From an uncultured Desulfobacter sp. (GTDB lineage: Bacteria; Desulfobacterota; Desulfobacteria; Desulfobacterales; Desulfobacteraceae), in contig OY762069.1 in NCBI GenBank assembly GCA_963665095.1, positions 1,472,001 to 1,536,000 on the forward strand: DNA of 64,000 nucleotides, given 5' to 3'. Below, one piece after another: positions 58,521 through 64,000 of this stretch (its first letter is position 1; each line of letters begins with the position of its first letter). The notes under the pieces were generated by a model, which was not told the origin of the DNA, ran no database searches, and saw only the letters and a program-made list of their open reading frames with translations. The position numbers and the translations under genes were made by a program.

Positions 58521-60260
58521 ATGGCAAAGATGATACCGAACTTTATTCATCCTGACTGTAAAAGCAACGCTGAAAAATTAATATTCCAAAAATTTAGCGC
58601 TGAGTTGTCGGATAACTATTCGGTACTGCATTCACTTGGAATTGCTAAACATGGTGGAAAATTACGAGGAGAGATTGATTTCGTAGTTGTGTGTCCCAAG
58701 GGTATTCTCTGTATTGAAGTAAAGGGGGGCAGAATAAAACAGGAAAACGGAATTTGGTATTTTACAAACAAATTTGGTGAATCTTTTGCAAAAAAAGAAT
58801 CGCCTTTTGAGCAGGCATCTTCTGGAATGTATGCTCTACGAAAAGGGCTGGAAAAAAAGTTCGGCTGGAATTCGCCGCAATGTCAATCTATTTTAGGTTA
58901 TTGTGTCTTCTTTCCTGATCAGAAATTCTCACTGGAATCCCCGGAATGGGATCTTAATCGACTTATTGATGAAAAAAAATTAACAGAATCAATCTCAACC
59001 CTGATAGAGATGCAATATAATTATTCCATGGAGGAAATAGCGCGGATTACAGGAAAGAAAAATTTCCCTTTTATGTCCCAATCTGAAGTAAGCCTTTTGT
59101 TAAGATATCTTAGGCCGAATTTTGAAAAAATTCCTTCACTGTCATCTATAATTCAAGAAAACCACCGACATCTGCTTAAAATGACAGAGGAGCAGTTTGA
59201 CATACTGGACCAGTTGGCGGCCAATGACCGCATACTGATTCAAGGTGGCGCAGGCACAGGCAAAACGGTTCTTGCCGCCGAAAAAGCCCGTCGAGAAATT
59301 CAGAAAGGCAAACGTGTGCTCTACCTGTGTTATAACAAGCTTCTGGCTACCCATATCCAAGCCAGTTTCCAGGACGAAATAAAACATGGCTTAATAGAAA
59401 TCAACACCCTGCATAGCTATGCAAAAAAAATAATTAAAAATGCCGGACTTGCTTTGCGGCTGAATGAGAATACAGACGAGGATCTTTTCAGAGAAAAGTA
59501 CCCTGATGTTTTTGAGCAGGCAGTTGTTGAATTGTTTGAGGCGCCGCCTTTTGATATCTGCATTGTTGATGAGGGACAAGATTTAAGATTCGAAGCTTAT
59601 ATAAAAATGATAGACTGGCTTATCGAGGGCGGTATCCAGAATGGAAGATGGGTGTGGTTTGAAGATAGCCAACAGAATATTTTTAATGTCGGCGTCATTG
59701 ACGGTATTTCTATAGTTGAAGAAAGCAGACCCGTTGTCTGCCAGTTGACCAGGAACTGTAGAAACACAAAACCAATAAGCATCTTTAACAGTTTAACCAC
59801 AGGTGTCCCAAAACAGAAATGCCTCGTAAACAAGGGCCTGAAAGTCGATTCAACTTTTTTTAGAAGTAAAAAGCATCAACAGAAACTTCTGGAGAATCTC
59901 TTGCAAAAACTTTTGGGGGGAGGCATTGTGGCTGAAGACATTGTTTTATTGTCTCCATTTACAAAACAAAAATCCGTTTTAGATAATTTAGACTCAATTG
60001 CCGGGATGACGCTGAAAGAATATCCTGCACAGAAATCCAATCACTCTAAAATCCTTCAATATACAACTGTTCAGAAATTTAAAGGTTTGGAATCAAAAGT
60101 GGTGATTGTTACTGATATACTGAAATTAAAAGAATCTGTTGCTAAAAGTATCAACTATGTTGCGTTCTCCAGAGCAACTTCTTATCTTCAAGTGCTTATG
60201 CATGAAAGCACAGAAAAGGACTATGGCGACCTTGCATTTGAATTTGCATTGAGAGATTAA
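58521..60260 (+). CDS. NERD nuclease domain fused to an SF1 helicase-like ATPase
   Basis: SNAE, EIDFVVV....ILCIEVKGG (PD-(D/E)xK-type NERD), GGAGTGKT, DEGQD, NCRNT, FKGLES, YVAFSRA. Confidence 0.9.
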   Translation: MAKMIPNFIHPDCKSNAEKLIFQKFSAELSDNYSVLHSLGIAKHGGKLRGEIDFVVVCPKGILCIEVKGGRIKQENGIWYFTNKFGESFAKKESPFEQASSGMYALRKGLEKKFGWNSPQCQSILGYCVFFPDQKFSLESPEWDLNRLIDEKKLTESISTLIEMQYNYSMEEIARITGKKNFPFMSQSEVSLLLRYLRPNFEKIPSLSSIIQENHRHLLKMTEEQFDILDQLAANDRILIQGGAGTGKTVLAAEKARREIQKGKRVLYLCYNKLLATHIQASFQDEIKHGLIEINTLHSYAKKIIKNAGLALRLNENTDEDLFREKYPDVFEQAVVELFEAPPFDICIVDEGQDLRFEAYIKMIDWLIEGGIQNGRWVWFEDSQQNIFNVGVIDGISIVEESRPVVCQLTRNCRNTKPISIFNSLTTGVPKQKCLVNKGLKVDSTFFRSKKHQQKLLENLLQKLLGGGIVAEDIVLLSPFTKQKSVLDNLDSIAGMTLKEYPAQKSNHSKILQYTTVQKFKGLESKVVIVTDILKLKESVAKSINYVAFSRATSYLQVLMHESTEKDYGDLAFEFALRD

Positions 60261-60277
60261 AATATATTCGAGGGCAG

Positions 60278-63200
60278 ATGTCAGAAATCAAAATAATTTA
60301 TGATCTCCAGAGATTCACAAATGAAATCGATTCTCTTTATCAACTGATTGCAGAAGAACAAGGTCGGTGTCTTGCAAATTATGAGCATGTTGGGCGGACT
60401 GTACCTGAGCGGATTTCATTTGAAGAGATTGATTTAAGTCCTCTTAAAAACAGACTGCTGTCCGTTCATAAGACTCTTGAATATAAGGGAAGGTTTTTAT
60501 CTCCCCAAAGAGCCCGAAAGGCCCGAATCATAGCTATCGGCGGGATATGTGAACTCATTAAAGATGGGTATGTCGGTAAGTTTTGGGACCTTTACAGAAG
60601 TCATATTGGTGAAGATAACCGAGGTTTCGTATATGACAAAATATGGGCTAAAGGGTTTAAGGAATCTGGAATTGAATTGATTCAGGGAGAGAGGAGGGAA
60701 TTTGTTCAAACCCTTGTCATGGAAAGTGGGGTGCCGAAGGAGAGAACAGGAGATATAATTTCCTTTTTTGAAATTTACTGGCGATACTTGAGGCCTATGG
60801 ACGTAAAGGAAATTATTTCAGATTTAAATGAGAATTCATATCTTTCTTTTCGCAAAGTGCCAAGGCTGGAACGTAGTAAACTAAAAAAACTGTCAGAAAA
60901 TGCTTCAGAATATACAAGAGCATTTGTAAGGGCTGTAGACAGGTTGACTGCGGTATTTGATTTCATCTCTGAATCTGAAAAAATTCATGGCGGAAATGTA
61001 AGAGAGTTTGCAAACGAAATTTTTAAGGGAACAGGCATTCATCCTTTTAGTTTTCTTCGTAATCACGAACAGCTCGAACTCTTGTATAAAAAACTGCTTG
61101 GGTATGTTACACCCTCAAAATTTAAAAAAATTATAGAAACTAAACCTCCCAATACCCTCATCACCACGCCTGATGGGAAAAAGATAAAAGCGCACCAGTA
61201 TCACAATATTATTTTTGGAGAACATTTACTGGAAAACGCATTATTTTTTTGTGTGCCCGATAAAAATTTTGATCTAAAAAAATTGAAATCGATTCAACAT
61301 AATAGAATTGAAAAGTTCGGCAATTCAGTGTTACTGAAATCGAATGCTGATATTATTCCACGGGTTAATTCGTCTTTAAGAAATGACCTCGTTAATACTT
61401 TTTATTTCAATAAGGAAAAATGTGGAAATATTTTTTATTTCCGAGATATATCTGGATGCAGCATACACCTTAAAACTTCAGATAAAAAAGTTAATGATTT
61501 CATATATGGTGATGATGGATTCTCTGGTAATTGTTTTTTGATGGCAGAAAAAAAGAATGATACGATTTCCCTCCATCTTAAGGTAAAGACCTTACGATTA
61601 TTGTGCAGGGGGCTTCGAGATAAAAATATCCTGTTTAAAATTCCTGAATATAATTTGCTTATTCATGAAGGAAGGTGTGATCCAACAGGCTTGGCAAGAT
61701 GTTCAGAAAGAAGGTTCCCCATAGAAAACCCCCAACCCGGCAATATAGAAATCCAGGCAACAAAAATTAATAAGCATGGAGGAGACGCCCCTGTCTTTTT
61801 AAGCAACGGAGGCAAGGCTTCGATATTAGAGTGTCTGGATGATGTAATGCTTTTTCATGCAGGCTCTGGATATCGTATCCGGCCCAAAAAGGCTGGTCAA
61901 GGCTACTCAATCGGTGGAGACAGTTTCTTTCTGTTTTGCTCAGAAGCTGTGTTGCAAAAACGTGTTAGAAAAGCAAACCTCAGGATTGAAAAGTCAATAA
62001 AATATGGAAAATATTTTGTTTCTCTTATTGTCTGGAAAGACACCAGTTTACCCTGTTCTTTCTCTATTGAAAATAATATCGGTGATAATATCACATGGAA
62101 ATTTGAAAAGTGTGTCAATTTTAATATTTGGGTGGAGAAAAAAAAGAAGGACCGCGCAACTCATCTTAAATTTAATGGATACCAGGGTCAGCACCCGAAT
62201 AACTTTGAACTCAAGATATATCCTTTCCCCTCGATTGAATATCAGAAAACATTGTTTTGGAGTATTTCTTTGAATGACTGCTCACCGTATATCATAGAAG
62301 TGGGAAATTGTTGTCAGGATGAGCACAAAAAATCATGTTTTTATGAGAACTATTTAAGTGAGCTGTTAATGCCGGTTTGGAGTGGACAAAAACCAAGCAA
62401 TACAAAAGTTGAGATAGCATTGTGTACACTTGATTTTGTTTTTTCCATGACCCAATTTTATCTATTGCCTGATATAGCCATCAAGCTTCCCGAAGCTGTT
62501 CGATTAAACGACGAATTTAAGATCAAAGTATTATGGGGAGAAAATCAGAAGTGCCAGGATGTTCTTTTAAAAAATAGAAGAGGCAGAAGTCTTGTCACAG
62601 CAGGATTTCAATTCAAAAACAATTCGTGGCAGATATTTAAAAAGCGTCATATTTCAGATTTTTTAATCCCAGATGTTGATACCGTCGTCAGAATAGAAGC
62701 CGAACAGCCTCTTAGAAGTATATTGTTGGGTAATCGCGAACGGCTATATAAAGAGCGTCTAAGAGATTTGAAAGTTACAGAATTAGCCGAATATGACCTG
62801 CTTGTCGTAGAGCCGGGTAATAATATCCCTTCTGTTTCAGTAAATGGCATAGCGTATAATGATTCTTTTGTAAAAAATGATTTCGGGGTATGGTCTTTAC
62901 CTCTTGGTGCAATGCCAGGTCTTAACCAATTTCAAAATTCAATAATAATCAACGCCGGAGATGAAAGTTCCACGTTTAATATTTTCTGTCCAATGACAAT
63001 TAGGAATATCTGTTTTGATGATAGTCTTTTTTGCAATGCTTTGAGCGGGAAATGTTCTTTTGCGGGTCCGAATGGATCCGAAATAGTAATTCGTGTTTAT
63101 CCTGAGAAAGATAAAAAAGAAGATATATTTTTAGAAAAAAAATATGTGGCACCTGGGATGCAAGATGTTGACATTGATTTCTCACTTGATCTACCTGTTT

Positions 63201-63574
63201 TTGAAGAATTTTTGCCAGATCAACTTTTTGTTAGTGTCTTTTATTCTAATGAAAAAGGTGGATTAATTGAGTATGAAAAGTCGTTTTGTGTTAGTTCAGA
63301 ACGACACTTATGTAAAACAAAGTTTCATAAAATAAAACAAAGAATAGATCAGGACCTCAAGGAACACAAAACATATTCTGCCAAACGCCTTCTCGAATTG
63401 GCTGCTCCTTATGTCCCCGGTTTCCAGGAAAAATGGTTTAACGTTCAATGGAACAGGGTTTGGGGTGAGTATATTAGGAAAACTTTAGATTCGGCAGCAT
63501 CTCAGATTACGACAATTCTCAAAGAAAACTATCTGATTGATTTTACAGGTGATGAATACAATGGGAAAAAGTGA
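60278..63574 (+). CDS. Large hypothetical protein (1098 aa), defence-operon member
   Basis: Long ORF, RBS GAGGG, 17 bp after the NERD gene; no confidently recognisable catalytic motif. Confidence 0.85.
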   Translation: MSEIKIIYDLQRFTNEIDSLYQLIAEEQGRCLANYEHVGRTVPERISFEEIDLSPLKNRLLSVHKTLEYKGRFLSPQRARKARIIAIGGICELIKDGYVGKFWDLYRSHIGEDNRGFVYDKIWAKGFKESGIELIQGERREFVQTLVMESGVPKERTGDIISFFEIYWRYLRPMDVKEIISDLNENSYLSFRKVPRLERSKLKKLSENASEYTRAFVRAVDRLTAVFDFISESEKIHGGNVREFANEIFKGTGIHPFSFLRNHEQLELLYKKLLGYVTPSKFKKIIETKPPNTLITTPDGKKIKAHQYHNIIFGEHLLENALFFCVPDKNFDLKKLKSIQHNRIEKFGNSVLLKSNADIIPRVNSSLRNDLVNTFYFNKEKCGNIFYFRDISGCSIHLKTSDKKVNDFIYGDDGFSGNCFLMAEKKNDTISLHLKVKTLRLLCRGLRDKNILFKIPEYNLLIHEGRCDPTGLARCSERRFPIENPQPGNIEIQATKINKHGGDAPVFLSNGGKASILECLDDVMLFHAGSGYRIRPKKAGQGYSIGGDSFFLFCSEAVLQKRVRKANLRIEKSIKYGKYFVSLIVWKDTSLPCSFSIENNIGDNITWKFEKCVNFNIWVEKKKKDRATHLKFNGYQGQHPNNFELKIYPFPSIEYQKTLFWSISLNDCSPYIIEVGNCCQDEHKKSCFYENYLSELLMPVWSGQKPSNTKVEIALCTLDFVFSMTQFYLLPDIAIKLPEAVRLNDEFKIKVLWGENQKCQDVLLKNRRGRSLVTAGFQFKNNSWQIFKKRHISDFLIPDVDTVVRIEAEQPLRSILLGNRERLYKERLRDLKVTELAEYDLLVVEPGNNIPSVSVNGIAYNDSFVKNDFGVWSLPLGAMPGLNQFQNSIIINAGDESSTFNIFCPMTIRNICFDDSLFCNALSGKCSFAGPNGSEIVIRVYPEKDKKEDIFLEKKYVAPGMQDVDIDFSLDLPVFEEFLPDQLFVSVFYSNEKGGLIEYEKSFCVSSERHLCKTKFHKIKQRIDQDLKEHKTYSAKRLLELAAPYVPGFQEKWFNVQWNRVWGEYIRKTLDSAASQITTILKENYLIDFTGDEYNGKK

Positions 63575-64000
63575 TAACCTTGATGCAAAAAAAGCATGTT
63601 TTGAGAGCTTGCTTTCGGAAATGCCTTGGAATGATTTAGTCAGCGTAATAAAATTCGAGGGTAAACTAAAAAAAGGCGGTTTTCGTCTTAACTCTAAAAA
63701 TCGTAATGTAATTCAAGCAAACTTGATTCCAAAATGTTTGGCAAACCAAGAGTTGCAGTTCTCTTTTTTTAAGACATGGTTTAATGCTAAATCAGAATAT
63801 TTTGATTTGCTCGAGCCTTTTTTTAATTCTGAAAAACATGATGAACTGATTAAAAATTTAGAATTAGAAAATGGATTTTATACCTTTGATGATGAGTATT
63901 TTTTAAAATTTTTAAAAATATTAAAAGCGAATGATGTCGAAAAATTCATTATGTTAAGTCCAATCCACTTTACTGAGATGCAGAAATCTATTCTTTTGAG
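63561..64000 (+). CDS. Hypothetical protein, 5' part (runs off the window)
   Basis: MGKSDNLDAKKACFESLLSEMPW... open to the window end; overlaps the previous stop by 14 nt; RBS AGGTGA. Confidence 0.75.
   Translation, partial: MGKSDNLDAKKACFESLLSEMPWNDLVSVIKFEGKLKKGGFRLNSKNRNVIQANLIPKCLANQELQFSFFKTWFNAKSEYFDLLEPFFNSEKHDELIKNLELENGFYTFDDEYFLKFLKILKANDVEKFIMLSPIHFTEMQKSILL

Overview
Bacterial chromosomal window, most consistent with an anaerobic sulfate-reducer of the Desulfobacterota (inferred from gene content: CooS, sigma-54 regulation, a Sec-type DsbA, typical IS families). The left ~43 kb is accessory and metabolic. It holds a sigma-54-type YCF48/MMPL/DUF1302/DUF1329 uptake operon, a TolC-HlyD-2x permease efflux set without an ATPase, two M48 peptidases, panE and a stand-alone cooS. 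It also holds a selenocysteine-containing DsbA/FrnE gene whose 5' end the ORF track misses, a divergent SHMT, a Crp-SDR-ThDP enzyme-BASS-esterase cluster, a T-box-controlled type-2 ileS, lon and marR. Pseudogenes there include radC, acnA, an IS1634 remnant and a frameshifted IS4-like element. Right of a tRNA 3'-end fragment (43160-43180) the DNA is visibly AT-richer. It contains an FAD oxidoreductase split by a 3.1-kb three-gene TGT...ACA transposon (5-bp TSD), then a tightly coupled operon of at least 8 genes: dcm - vsr - UvrD helicase - drmA (split by an IS4 with a 9-bp TSD) - drmB(DUF1998) - NERD/SF1 helicase - 1098-aa unknown - unknown (runs off the window). This non-canonical DISARM-like defence system, with no recognisable drmC/D/E in view, is the best candidate for an undescribed system. 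A ~93-bp intergenic repeat occurs three times (40, 13206, 13299). All calls come from motif recognition by eye; no searches were run.
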